Shown here in pieces: positions 28,622 to 38,557 of a DNA stretch of 64,000 nucleotides. A program made the translations under genes and the position numbers. Origin of the DNA: Alphaproteobacteria bacterium. Its GTDB lineage: Bacteria; Pseudomonadota; Alphaproteobacteria; GCA-2731375. Below the pieces are notes generated by a model. That model was not told the DNA's origin. It did no database searches and saw only the letters and a program-made list of their open reading frames with translations. The stretch spans positions 6,880,001 to 6,944,000 of the forward strand of contig CBDDPY010000002.1 of the NCBI GenBank assembly GCA_965232515.1. Reading direction: 5' to 3'. Positions within the stretch are counted from its first letter, which is position 1; each line of letters starts with the position of its first letter.

Positions 28622-29698
28622 ATGAGAAGCGACCAGCCGGGAAGCCTGTTTCCGACAGTGTTTGGGCGAAACCTGCTTGGTGAAATTCCCAACTTTGCAC
28701 CCTGGCCTTACCTGGTTGTGACCATGGAGGACTTGTGGGGCAAGTTCAAACATCACTTCGACGAGAACATGGCCGACGTGTTCTTTGTGAGAACGTTGGA
28801 GTATGAGACGCTGATGGCGCAGCTCAAAGGACTTCCAAAGTTCAACTCCGTCATCGGTTTGGGTGGCGGACAAGCGGTTGATGTTGCAAAACTCATCGCC
28901 TGGAATCAGAAACTGCCGCTCTGGCATGTTCCGACATCGCTCAGCGTCAATGCGCCGTTCGCGCAGCGCGCGGCGCTTCGATTCGGCGGCAACGTGCGCT
29001 ACATGGCTTGGGCCGTTCCCGAAGCCGTCTATGTAGATTTCGACATCATTCAGGATGCGCCGGCATTTCTCAATCGCAGCGGTGTCGGCGACATATTCTG
29101 CTACCACACAGCACATTTCGATTGGAGGTTTGCGCAGGATGCCGGCAAATGCGAGCCGAAGTGGCCCTATGACGACCGCATGGTCGCCGATGCCAGTGCA
29201 GTCCTCGATTCCGTGATGGCGAACCTCGAAGATATTCGCGATGTTAACGAGAACGGCATCCGCGTCTTGACGAAGGCGATACAATGGGGTGGAGCTGCGT
29301 TCCACAACTACGGCTGGAATCCCAGACACATCGAGGGCGGCGAACACTTCCTCTTCTACACATTGGAGTATCTGACGCGAAAGCCGTTTATCCATGGACA
29401 GCCCGTATCGCTGGGCGTCTTCATCGTTTCAGCGCTGCAGGACAACAAAGCCGAGGAAATGCTGGAAGCCATCCACAGTGTTGGCGTGGACATCCGGCCT
29501 GAGGCCATGGGCGTCACCTGGGATGACGTTGCGGAGGCTATGCGCCGCATGCAGTCTTACGCTACAGAGCAGGGCCTCTGGTACTCGGTGGTTCACAAGA
29601 AGCCGGTAACCGACACCTTCATTGCCGATGTGCGCGACCGGATCACTGAGATTTATGGCCCGTGGAACGAGCCAAGAGTACTTGCAGCAAGTAGGTGA
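28622..29698 (+). CDS. Glycerol-1-phosphate dehydrogenase-like protein (AraM/EgsA, DHQ synthase/Fe-ADH fold)
   Basis: GLGGGQAVDVAK, VPTSLS, SGVGD, GGEH and HGQPV metal ligands. Confidence 0.8.
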   Translation: MRSDQPGSLFPTVFGRNLLGEIPNFAPWPYLVVTMEDLWGKFKHHFDENMADVFFVRTLEYETLMAQLKGLPKFNSVIGLGGGQAVDVAKLIAWNQKLPLWHVPTSLSVNAPFAQRAALRFGGNVRYMAWAVPEAVYVDFDIIQDAPAFLNRSGVGDIFCYHTAHFDWRFAQDAGKCEPKWPYDDRMVADASAVLDSVMANLEDIRDVNENGIRVLTKAIQWGGAAFHNYGWNPRHIEGGEHFLFYTLEYLTRKPFIHGQPVSLGVFIVSALQDNKAEEMLEAIHSVGVDIRPEAMGVTWDDVAEAMRRMQSYATEQGLWYSVVHKKPVTDTFIADVRDRITEIYGPWNEPRVLAASR

Positions 29699-29794
29699 TC
29701 TGTGTCGGCTGCGACGGGCCATAGAGATCACCCCGCACAACTCGATGCTTGTCTCGCGACTGGCGCACGTTGAGCCGGCGGAAATCGGCGGATT

Positions 29795-31447
29795 ATGTCA
29801 GGCCACGAGCTGCTGCTGCACATAGCCGGCGGTGTCGCGCTGCTGCTGTGGTCGGCGCGGATGGTGCGGACCGGCCTGCTGCGGGCCTTCGGGGCGGAAC
29901 TGCGCAAGCGGGTCGGCCGGGCGACGCGCCGGCGGACGGCGGCGGCGCTCGCCGGCTTTGCCATCACCGCCGCCCTGCAGAGCTCGACGGCCACGGCCAT
30001 GTTGGCGGTGTCCTTCGCCGGGCGCGGCATGATCGCCTTGGCACCGGCCCTGGCGCTGATGCTGGGTGCCGATCTCGGCTCCACCATCGTGGTGCAGGTC
30101 CTCTCCTTCGATCTCGGCTGGCTGTCGCCGGCTCTCCTCCTGCTCGGGGTGCTGTCGTTCATGACCGGCACCCAGCCGCTGCGCCGGCACCTGGGCCGGG
30201 TGGCGGTAGGGCTAGGCCTGATGATCCTCGCCCTCGACCTCACGGTGGGAGCCTCCGAACAGTTACGCGCCAGCCCGGCCTTGCAAAGCCTGGTCGCCGC
30301 CCTGGGCGACGAGCCCGTGGTGGCGCTCCTGGTGGGGGCGGGGCTGGCCTGGCTGTTCCACTCCAGCGTCGCCCTGGTGCTGCTGATCGTCGGCCTTGCC
30401 GCCGGCGGCGTCATCTCGCCGGCGCTCGCCTTCCCGCTGGTCCTGGGCGCCAACGTGGGATCGGGGATCATCCCGACGGTGCTGACCCTGCGCAGCCGGC
30501 GGGAGGCGCGGCGTATCCCGCTGGGCAACCTGCTGTTCCGGCTGGCCGGCGCGCTGCTGGCGCTGCCGTTGGTCTCCCTGGTCGCGCCGCTGATCGCGGG
30601 CCTCGAGGCCGACCCGGCCCGCCAGATCGCCAACTTCCACAGCCTCTTCAACCTGGCCCTGCTGCTGGGCGGACTGCCCCTGGTTCCCCTCATGGCCAGG
30701 CTCACCGCGCGGCTGCTGCCCGAGGAGTTCATGGCGCCGGGCGGGGAGACACCCGGGGGCCCGCGCTATCTCAGCGAGGAGGCGACGCAGAGCCCGGCGA
30801 CGGCCCTGGCGGCGGCGACCCGCGAGGCCATGCGCATGGCCGACATCGCCGAGGCCATGCTGAGCCGAGTGGTCGAGGCCTTCGAGCCGCGGGGCGAGGC
30901 GGCGGCCGAGGAACTGGGCAGCCTGGACGACCAGCTCGACGAGCTGAACGAGGCGATCAAGCTCTATCTGGCGGAGCTGACCCGCGAGCCCCTGGACGAG
31001 GGGGCCAGCCGGAGCTGTGCGGAACTGCTGAGCTTCACCACGAACCTGGAGCACATCGGCGACATCATCAGCAAGAACCTGCGCAAGAGCGCGCAGAAGA
31101 AGCTGCGCGACAAGCTGTGCTTCTCGGAGGAGGGCTGGCAGGAACTGCTGGACCTCCATGCCCGGGTCTCCGGCCACATGCAGTTGGCGCTCAGTGCCTT
31201 CGTGACCCGCGATGCGGCGACCGCGCGCCAGCTCGTCGAGGAGAAGCGGGAGTTCCGAGAGCTGGAGCGCGAAGCCAACGACAGCCACCTGGACCGCCTG
31301 CGCCAGGGCCTCGTGGAGAGCATCGAGACCTCGGGCCTTCACATCGACATCCTGCGCGACCTCAAGCGCATCAACTCCCACATCACCGCCATCGGCTACG
31401 CCGTGCTCTCGACGGAAGAACCGCTGCGCGGGAGGAAAACTGCCTAG
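29795..31447 (+). CDS. Na/Pi cotransporter family protein with PhoU-like C-terminal domain
   Basis: LQSSTAT, LGADLGST, FHSSVA, GANVGS; helical tail NLEHIGDII, DLKRINSH. Confidence 0.92.
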   Translation: MSGHELLLHIAGGVALLLWSARMVRTGLLRAFGAELRKRVGRATRRRTAAALAGFAITAALQSSTATAMLAVSFAGRGMIALAPALALMLGADLGSTIVVQVLSFDLGWLSPALLLLGVLSFMTGTQPLRRHLGRVAVGLGLMILALDLTVGASEQLRASPALQSLVAALGDEPVVALLVGAGLAWLFHSSVALVLLIVGLAAGGVISPALAFPLVLGANVGSGIIPTVLTLRSRREARRIPLGNLLFRLAGALLALPLVSLVAPLIAGLEADPARQIANFHSLFNLALLLGGLPLVPLMARLTARLLPEEFMAPGGETPGGPRYLSEEATQSPATALAAATREAMRMADIAEAMLSRVVEAFEPRGEAAAEELGSLDDQLDELNEAIKLYLAELTREPLDEGASRSCAELLSFTTNLEHIGDIISKNLRKSAQKKLRDKLCFSEEGWQELLDLHARVSGHMQLALSAFVTRDAATARQLVEEKREFRELEREANDSHLDRLRQGLVESIETSGLHIDILRDLKRINSHITAIGYAVLSTEEPLRGRKTA

Positions 31448-31605
31448 TGACCAACTATCCCGGTGAGATGAGATGGAACCGCGGATGCCATCTCCATCCA
31501 TGAGAGAGCGTTCTACGGCGACGTTGGGCATTTGTCCGTCTAGTGTCCTGCGGGCGAGTTCATCCGATCGGCTAGACCAATGGCTCGGTCACTCAGACCG
31601 TCTGC

Positions 31606-32382
31606 TCACGAGATCTTTGACATGGAGCCGGTAATCGGCGCGTCAAAGTCGAGATTTGCCAGATCGCAGCCACGCTGGAAATCGCCGATATGGCGTTCCA
31701 TCCAGCCGCGTGCCTCGCTGCGGTCGCCGGAGGAGATGGCAGCGAAGATTTTGCGGTGCGCGAGTATGAGGCGTTCGCCGGCGTTGAGCCGCGCCATTAC
31801 CTGGGCGAATGCGGGATAGAACAACTCGCCGACGGTTTCGCGACTCAATTGCAGCGCGCTGTTGCCGGTTGCCGCCGCAACGAGATTGTGAAACTCCACA
31901 TCGAGCCCGACAAGGTCGTCGCCGACGGCATGGGCCGTTTCCGTGCGGCGAAGATTGTCCTCGATCCGCTCAAGATCGTCAGGTGTGGCCTTGGTCGCGG
32001 CGATGGTCGCGCACATCGGCTCTATTGCCGTCAGCACCTCCCATAACTGCTCGAACGTCGTCTCCTGCAGCAGGAAGGCTGTCTTTAGGCGCGCGCCGAT
32101 GTCCTCGGCTCGCGGCATGGTTATCCGCAGTTTGTTTCGGCCCTCGGCACGGCGGATGATGCCGGCTTGCTCCAGCAGGCGGATGGCTTCGCGGATGGTC
32201 GATCGGCCGACGCTGAACCGGCCGGCGAGGCTGGTTTCGCTCGGCAGCGTGCTGCCGACGGGCAGAGCGCCCGAGAGGACCTGTCGTTCAAGCTCCCGGG
32301 CAATTGAACGGAAAGCAGGAAGCGACCGTGCGGCGGCTTCACCTTCGCCATTGAGAATGTCGTCCACAATCGACCTCAGCAA
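31606..32382 (-). CDS. GntR family (FadR subfamily) regulator
   Basis: LPSETSLAGRFSVGRSTIREAIRLL wHTH and DVEFH FCD domain. Confidence 0.92.
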   Translation of the reverse strand: MLRSIVDDILNGEGEAAARSLPAFRSIARELERQVLSGALPVGSTLPSETSLAGRFSVGRSTIREAIRLLEQAGIIRRAEGRNKLRITMPRAEDIGARLKTAFLLQETTFEQLWEVLTAIEPMCATIAATKATPDDLERIEDNLRRTETAHAVGDDLVGLDVEFHNLVAAATGNSALQLSRETVGELFYPAFAQVMARLNAGERLILAHRKIFAAISSGDRSEARGWMERHIGDFQRGCDLANLDFDAPITGSMSKIS

Positions 32383-32391
32383 GAGATGTTG

Positions 32392-34035
32392 TCAGGTCAA
32401 GCCGGATTGCTTGGCGGAACGTTCGCGCAATTCGCTGCGGCGGATCTTTCCAGTCGGTGTCTTTGGAAGCGAGTCGATGAACTCGATCTCGCGAGGGTAC
32501 TTATACGGCGCGGTTTGCGACTTGCAATGATCTTGCAGTTGCTGAGCAAGTGCCGGATCAGCCCCATAACCCTCCCTGACACGAACGTAGGCCTTGACAA
32601 TCTCGCCACGCGCTCGATCGGGTTTGCCAACTACCGCGCATTCGGCGACGGCCCTATGCTCGAGCAACACATTCTCGATTTCCGTCGGGCCGATCCGGTA
32701 TCCGGCCGAGTTGATGATGTCGTCGAGGCGGCCCCGATACCAGATATAGCCATCATCGTCGCGCACTCCACGATCGCCGGTAATGTACCAGCGGCCTTGG
32801 GGACCGTCCCGGAAACAACCGGCGGTGCGGTCGGGCTCGCGCCAATAGCCGAGCATCAGTTGCGGATTGGGCGTCAACAGCGCGATGTCGCCCTCCTCGC
32901 CATCTGTGACGGGCAGGCCTTGCGGATCGAGTATTGCCATGACGCTGCCCGGCGCGGGTCGACCCATCGAGCCGGGCTTCAGGGCTTCGCCGGGATAGTT
33001 CAGCACGATCATCAATGCTTCCGTCTGCCCGTAGGCTTCGAAAAGGGGCTTTCCGGTCGCCCCGCGCCAGCGGTCGACAATTGCCGGACCAACGGGCTCG
33101 CCCGCCGAAACGGTCCGTCGGAGGGCGCCGAGGTCGAACCCGGCAGTGTCCTCCCCGGCGATGCGGGCCAGTTCGGTCGCCGGCGCGCAATAAACGGTAA
33201 CACGATGGCGTTCAAGCAGACGAAGCCGCTCGCGCGGATCGAAGGGACCGTCATAAAAGAAGGCGCAGGCGCCGCGTGCCCACGGACCGAACAATATGCT
33301 CGTACCCGCCTTGCTCCAGCCCGTATCGGCGGTGCACCAGATCGTGTCGGTCGGATCAAGAGCCAACCAAAACGCGGCCGACACCCACCAGGAATAAAGG
33401 GCGCGTGAGGCGTGGAGAACCCCTTTGGGAGCGCCGGTCGAGCCCGATGTATAATACATGATCGCAGGGTCCTCGGACGCAACCTTCTCCGCCGCGAACC
33501 GTGCCGGCGCATCAGCGATCATTTCATCAAACTCGATCCATCCAGGCACCGCGCCGACACTGATCCGAACGGACAGATCGTTCGCCAGCGCCGCGAACTT
33601 GTGCGTCTGCTCGGCGCGGCAGATCACCGCCTTCGCGCCTGAATTGGCAACGCGATAGGCGAGATCCCTGGCCATCAGCATCTCGATGCAGGGAATGGGA
33701 ATGGCGCCGATCTTCAGCGTCGCCACCATGGCGATCTGCCATTCGGGAATTCTCGGCAACATGATAACGACAAAGTCACCTTTGCCGAGACCCTGTCTGC
33801 GTAGCGCCGCGCCGAGCCTGTCGGTGATCCGGGCGATGTCGGAAAACATGTATCGCCGTATCCCGCCGACCGCGCTTTCTGCGATCAGTGCAGGACCGTC
33901 TCGCTCGCTGGCCAAGTGATCGACCACGTCAACACCGAAATTGAAGTGATCAGGCACGGCCCAGTCGAAGCCGGCATGGAAACGTTCATATCCCTCACGC
34001 GCCAGGTCCGACGCCGGCTGTATATCGTCCGTCAT
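32392..34035 (-). CDS. Medium-chain acyl-CoA synthetase (AMP-forming)
   Basis: YTSGSTGAPKG, YGQTE, TGD, PKTPTGKIRR. Confidence 0.93.
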   Translation of the reverse strand: MTDDIQPASDLAREGYERFHAGFDWAVPDHFNFGVDVVDHLASERDGPALIAESAVGGIRRYMFSDIARITDRLGAALRRQGLGKGDFVVIMLPRIPEWQIAMVATLKIGAIPIPCIEMLMARDLAYRVANSGAKAVICRAEQTHKFAALANDLSVRISVGAVPGWIEFDEMIADAPARFAAEKVASEDPAIMYYTSGSTGAPKGVLHASRALYSWWVSAAFWLALDPTDTIWCTADTGWSKAGTSILFGPWARGACAFFYDGPFDPRERLRLLERHRVTVYCAPATELARIAGEDTAGFDLGALRRTVSAGEPVGPAIVDRWRGATGKPLFEAYGQTEALMIVLNYPGEALKPGSMGRPAPGSVMAILDPQGLPVTDGEEGDIALLTPNPQLMLGYWREPDRTAGCFRDGPQGRWYITGDRGVRDDDGYIWYRGRLDDIINSAGYRIGPTEIENVLLEHRAVAECAVVGKPDRARGEIVKAYVRVREGYGADPALAQQLQDHCKSQTAPYKYPREIEFIDSLPKTPTGKIRRSELRERSAKQSGLT

Positions 34036-34058
34036 ATGGCTCCTACCGGGTGTGCGGG

Positions 34059-34835
34059 TCATCCGGCCATCCATCCTCCATCGATTCCTATGGTTTGACC
34101 GGTGACATATCGCGAGGCATCGCTGGCGAGATAGATCACCGCGCCAGTGATCTCGTCGACCTGCGCAAAACGCCGCATCGGCGTGCGTTGCAGCAGTCGC
34201 TCGCTGAGCATGGAGTGCTCGATCACACCATTGGTGAGGTCGGTCTCTACAAAGCCGGGCGCGACGGCATTTACGCGTACGCCTTTCGGTGCCCAGTCAA
34301 CCGCCATCGCGCGCGTCAAGAGTTCGACTCCACCCTTCGAGGCGCAGTAGGCCGCCGTCTTGGCAAGGCCGACGTTGCCGGCGATGGATGATATGTTGAC
34401 GATGCTGCCGCGGCCGGTGCGCAGCATCTGCCGGCCAAATTCACGGCTGGCGAGAAAGACGCCGGACAGGTTGACGGCAATGATCTCGTTCCACTCGGCC
34501 GTCGATGTGGTTTCGGGCGTCTTGTGGATCGGATTGATCCCCGCATTGTTGACAAGCACGTGGGCCGGGCCGAACCGTTCGCCGACTTGCGTGGCGAGAT
34601 GTATGACATCGCTCTCGATCGACATGTCGGTAACGACGGCCGATGCTTTACCGCCTTTGGCGATGATCTCCTGGCTCGCGGCGCTAAGCGTGTCGAGGGA
34701 GCGCCCGGCCACCACCACCATTGCGCCACATGCCGCCAGATCGGCGGCGATCCTCTTTCCGATGCCGCGCCCGCCACCGGTTACCACGCAGACGCGACCA
34801 GAGAGATCGAACATGTCAGCCGTCCCGGTCATCAC
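34059..34835 (-). CDS. Short-chain dehydrogenase/reductase
   Basis: TGGGRGIG, NNAG, YCASK. Confidence 0.93.
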   Translation of the reverse strand: MMTGTADMFDLSGRVCVVTGGGRGIGKRIAADLAACGAMVVVAGRSLDTLSAASQEIIAKGGKASAVVTDMSIESDVIHLATQVGERFGPAHVLVNNAGINPIHKTPETTSTAEWNEIIAVNLSGVFLASREFGRQMLRTGRGSIVNISSIAGNVGLAKTAAYCASKGGVELLTRAMAVDWAPKGVRVNAVAPGFVETDLTNGVIEHSMLSERLLQRTPMRRFAQVDEITGAVIYLASDASRYVTGQTIGIDGGWMAG

Positions 34836-34901
34836 GGACGGCCTGCCGCACCTGGCGGATTTCGTGTCGCTGTGTCGTTATGCGGCATCCAGCACTCTCA
34901 A

Positions 34902-34916
34902 TGTTTGTCAGACAAA
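34902..34916. promoter_or_regulatory. Palindromic operator TTTGTCAGACAAA (GntR/FadR-type)
   Basis: Palindrome; the 13-mer TGTTTGTCAGACA recurs inverted at 39633-39645. Confidence 0.6.
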
Positions 34917-35128
34917 ATTTCTTGCTGAAGTGGCCGGCTGAGTCAAACGATTTGCGCTACCTTCGCACGCAGCCCCAAAAACCCGGGAGATTTGCGCCTT
35001 GATATCCGCCACTTGTCACGATAGAGTTTCAGATCAGGCGCCCATACAGAAAAACTGTCGGATAAAAATGAACGGCGATGAGTTGGGTGATCCATATTCC
35101 TGCACACATATCGGGGTCATGAGGCGGC

Positions 35129-35971
35129 ATGGATTCCTTTCTGGTTGAACCGCAATGGCTTGAGGAACGGATCGGCGATGGCGAAACGGCTGTCATCGAT
35201 TGTTCCTGGTACATTCCGGAAGCGGGAAAGAGCGGATATGAGGAGTTCATCGACGCTCATATCCCCGGAGCGCGCTTCTTCGATCTCGATAGGGCCTCCG
35301 ATCCGGCATCCACCTATGTCAACATGCTGCCGTCGCCCGAACGTTTCGCTGAAACGGTCTCGGCGCTGGGCATCGACAATCAGCAAATGGTCGTCGTCTA
35401 TGACTCGAGCTATGTGTCGGCACGGGTCTGGTGGATGTTCCGCATGTTTGGCCATGATCGCGTGCGTATTCTGAATGGCGGCTGGAAACGATGGCTCGCG
35501 GAAGGCCGCCCGGTCGAACGTGGTGATCCGGCGCCGGCGCCGCGCGCGCCGTTCAAGGCGACGGCACCGACCGGCGGTGTCGCAACATGGCGTGATGTCG
35601 TCGCGGCAATCGACACCGGTGAAGCCGTCGTTGTCGATGCGCGCACGCGGGAACGATTTACCGGAGAGCTGCCGTCGGGCTATCCGGGCGTGGCCGGCGG
35701 ACACATGCCTGGCGCGGTCAACATACCCTGGAGCACAATGCTGCCGCAGAGCGGCGACTTCACTTTCGTCGAGCCGGCTGTCGCAGAGACGGTTTTTCGG
35801 GACGCCGGTGTCGATATCGAGAAACCGATCGTCTCGACCTGCGGCTCGGGCGTAACGGCCGCCATTCTCGTGCTACAGCTCGCCCGGCTTGGAAAAACCG
35901 ATTGGACGCTCTACGACGGTTCCTGGCATGAATGGGGGCAGCGCGACGACTTGCCGAAGCAGTCGCTTTGA
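35129..35971 (+). CDS. sseA: 3-mercaptopyruvate sulfurtransferase (tandem rhodanese)
   Basis: HIPGA, GHMPGA, active site CGSGVTA, YDGSWHEW. Confidence 0.93.
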   Translation: MDSFLVEPQWLEERIGDGETAVIDCSWYIPEAGKSGYEEFIDAHIPGARFFDLDRASDPASTYVNMLPSPERFAETVSALGIDNQQMVVVYDSSYVSARVWWMFRMFGHDRVRILNGGWKRWLAEGRPVERGDPAPAPRAPFKATAPTGGVATWRDVVAAIDTGEAVVVDARTRERFTGELPSGYPGVAGGHMPGAVNIPWSTMLPQSGDFTFVEPAVAETVFRDAGVDIEKPIVSTCGSGVTAAILVLQLARLGKTDWTLYDGSWHEWGQRDDLPKQSL

Positions 35972-37149
35972 GCTCCGGATCGCGAATACCGAAGTCGGCC
36001 GGCAGCCTTCTGGTGTCGGCGGGCCGGCAGCACGACAGCAGCGCCACCGCGGTCAATCCGCCTATTCATCGCGCGTCCACCTTTTTGTTCAACACGCTCG
36101 ACAAGTTCGAGGCAGCGGGCCGAACACCGTTTGACGGACCCTTTTACGGACGCGTTGGAACGCCATCCATTTTCGCCTTCGAAGAGGCGATGGCCGAACT
36201 GGAAGGGGGGCATCGGACGATCGCGACCGCCTCCGGCCTGGCCGCCATATCGGCGACGCTTCTCGCCTTTATCGAGCAGGGCGATCATGTGCTCGTGGTC
36301 GACACGGTCTATGAGCCGGTTCGGCGGTTTTGCGCCCGGTTGCTGGCGCGGCTGGGCGTCACGATCACCTACTATCACCCTGAGATAGGCGCCGGCATCG
36401 AACAGTTGATCCAGCCACGGACGAAGCTGATCTATATGGAATCGCCGGGCTCCGGCACCTTCGAGGTGCAGGACGTGCCGCAGATCGTCGCCGTGGCGCG
36501 GGCAAAGGGCATCAGGACAGCGCTCGACAACAGCTGGGCCACGCCACTGTTTTTCAAGCCGATTGCGCACGGCGTGGATGTCTCGCTGCAATCGGCCACC
36601 AAGTACATTGTCGGCCATTCCGACGCCATGCTGGGCGCCGCCACGACCACGGCAGAAAGCTATGAGGCAGTGCGCCGGGCGACGCAGGACCTTGGCGCCT
36701 GCGCGGGCTCGGAGGAAGGCAATCTGGGCCTGCGCGGCCTGCGTACGCTGGAGGTTCGGCTTCGACACCAGGAAGCGTCGGCGCTCGAACTGGCGCAATG
36801 GCTCGAAACGCAGCCACAGATCAAGAGGGTGCTGCATCCGGCTTTGCCGTCATTTCCCGGTCATGAGGTGTGGCAGCGCGACTTTGAAGGATCATCTGGC
36901 CTGTTCGCCATCGAACTCGATGGAGACCAGCAGGCCGTGCGCGCCATGGTCGACGGGTTGGCGTTGTTCAAGATCGGATTCAGTTGGGGGGGCTATGAAA
37001 GCCTGGTCCTGCCTGTCAATCCAGGGAAGGCACGCATCGTCGCCAAGCACCCCGGCGCCGGCCCAATTCTGCGTTTGCATATCGGGCTGGAGACGATCGA
37101 CGATCTCAAGGCGGATCTGAGTCTTGGGCTTGCGAGACTGCGCACATAG
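35968..37149 (+). CDS. metC: Cystathionine beta-lyase (PLP-dependent C-S lyase)
   Basis: VNPPIHRAST, YGRVGTP, SATKYIVGHSD PLP lysine, GFSWGGYESL; TTG start overlapping the sseA stop. Confidence 0.9.
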   Translation: MSSGSRIPKSAGSLLVSAGRQHDSSATAVNPPIHRASTFLFNTLDKFEAAGRTPFDGPFYGRVGTPSIFAFEEAMAELEGGHRTIATASGLAAISATLLAFIEQGDHVLVVDTVYEPVRRFCARLLARLGVTITYYHPEIGAGIEQLIQPRTKLIYMESPGSGTFEVQDVPQIVAVARAKGIRTALDNSWATPLFFKPIAHGVDVSLQSATKYIVGHSDAMLGAATTTAESYEAVRRATQDLGACAGSEEGNLGLRGLRTLEVRLRHQEASALELAQWLETQPQIKRVLHPALPSFPGHEVWQRDFEGSSGLFAIELDGDQQAVRAMVDGLALFKIGFSWGGYESLVLPVNPGKARIVAKHPGAGPILRLHIGLETIDDLKADLSLGLARLRT

Positions 37150-37194
37150 TCTGTGCGAGACGGCCGCAGACCGTATCGGCCGGCGGAAAAGCGG

Positions 37195-38526
37195 TCAAAA
37201 GCCTATCGGCCAGTGATTGATCTTCGAACCGTCGATGAACCGGCTGTGACGGAAGGGCGTCGGATCGACTATCGGGTCTTCACCCGTTATCAGTTCACTT
37301 ATCAGTTGGCCGGCTGCGGGCGCGATGCCGAAGCCGTGGCCGGAATAGCCGGTGGATATGTAAAAGCCCGGGATCGTGTCCACCGCCGAGATGATGGGGA
37401 TGGCATCGGGCGTCACGTCGATCCAGGCGCTCATGCGCTCGTTGACGACAAGATCCTTGAACGCCGGAAACAGTGCTTTGATGTTGATGATCGCCTGATC
37501 GAGAATGGCGTGCGCCGGTTCGGGACGCAGGACGCGGATCTTTTCGAACGGACTGGGACGATCCAACTGCCAGCGTGTTCTGGCGAAGGTTTCCTGCAGG
37601 GAACGCTTGCCGATCCGAAACTTCATGGCGCGCCACTCGTTCTTCAGGGCCGGAACATAGTCGCACAGGTAACGAAGGCTGTCGGGAACGATATCGACCG
37701 GATGCGCCGAGCGCATGGAGATGTTGTAACCATCATCCAGCCGCTTGCGAAATCCGAACCCCTTGCCCGAGCCGCAGCCGGCCGGGCCGCCCGTGATCGG
37801 CCTGGTCCGCATTACCTGCGACAACAGCTTGAGCTGGGGAAGCTTGACACCCTGATTCCGCCCGAAAAGGGTTGACCATACGCCGCCGGCCAGGACCAGG
37901 TTGTCGCAGCGGATGCGGCCCTTTTCGGTGGCGACCTCGCTTACCCGGCCCCCTTGCGTCTCAAAGCCGCGAACGGCGCATCCCTCGACAACCCGCGCGC
38001 CTAGTCGCGCGGCGGCGCGCGCAATCGCCCGGCTTGCGATGTGCGGCTCGGCGAAGCCGTCGCTCGCCGTGTGCAGGCCGCCCGCCCAGCCTCGGGTCGC
38101 GCCCGGTGCGAACCTGCCGATCTCATTCGCGGCGACGTACCGGGTATCGAGATCGAAGCCTTCTACCGCCTTCATCCATCCGTCATATTTCGCCAAGTCC
38201 TTTTCTTCGTCGCAGAAATAGGTGATGCCGCAGACGCGAAAGCCGACATCGACGCCGATGGTCGAGGCATATTCGGCCCAGATCTGCTGGGCGCGGATCA
38301 TCAGCGGAATTTCGCGAGGATCGCGACCCATCTTGCGTACCCAGCCCCAATTGCGGCTCGATTGCTCCTCGCCGATGCTGCCCTTCTCGCAGAGGACGAC
38401 CGGGATATTTCTCTGGGATAGAGACAGCGCGGTGCACGCGCCGACGATGCCGCCACCGACGATAACGACTTGGGTCTCTGCCGGAACCACATCGAAGCCG
38501 TGATCGTGGACGGTTTGAATGTTCAT
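37195..38526 (-). CDS. FAD-dependent oxidoreductase, D-amino acid oxidase family
   Basis: GGGIVG, EQSSRNWGWVR, TPDAIPII, SGHGFGIAP. Confidence 0.92.
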   Translation of the reverse strand: MNIQTVHDHGFDVVPAETQVVIVGGGIVGACTALSLSQRNIPVVLCEKGSIGEEQSSRNWGWVRKMGRDPREIPLMIRAQQIWAEYASTIGVDVGFRVCGITYFCDEEKDLAKYDGWMKAVEGFDLDTRYVAANEIGRFAPGATRGWAGGLHTASDGFAEPHIASRAIARAAARLGARVVEGCAVRGFETQGGRVSEVATEKGRIRCDNLVLAGGVWSTLFGRNQGVKLPQLKLLSQVMRTRPITGGPAGCGSGKGFGFRKRLDDGYNISMRSAHPVDIVPDSLRYLCDYVPALKNEWRAMKFRIGKRSLQETFARTRWQLDRPSPFEKIRVLRPEPAHAILDQAIINIKALFPAFKDLVVNERMSAWIDVTPDAIPIISAVDTIPGFYISTGYSGHGFGIAPAAGQLISELITGEDPIVDPTPFRHSRFIDGSKINHWPIGF

Positions 38527-38557
38527 CGCTCGTTTCCCGCTGATTGACGCGCCGGCG

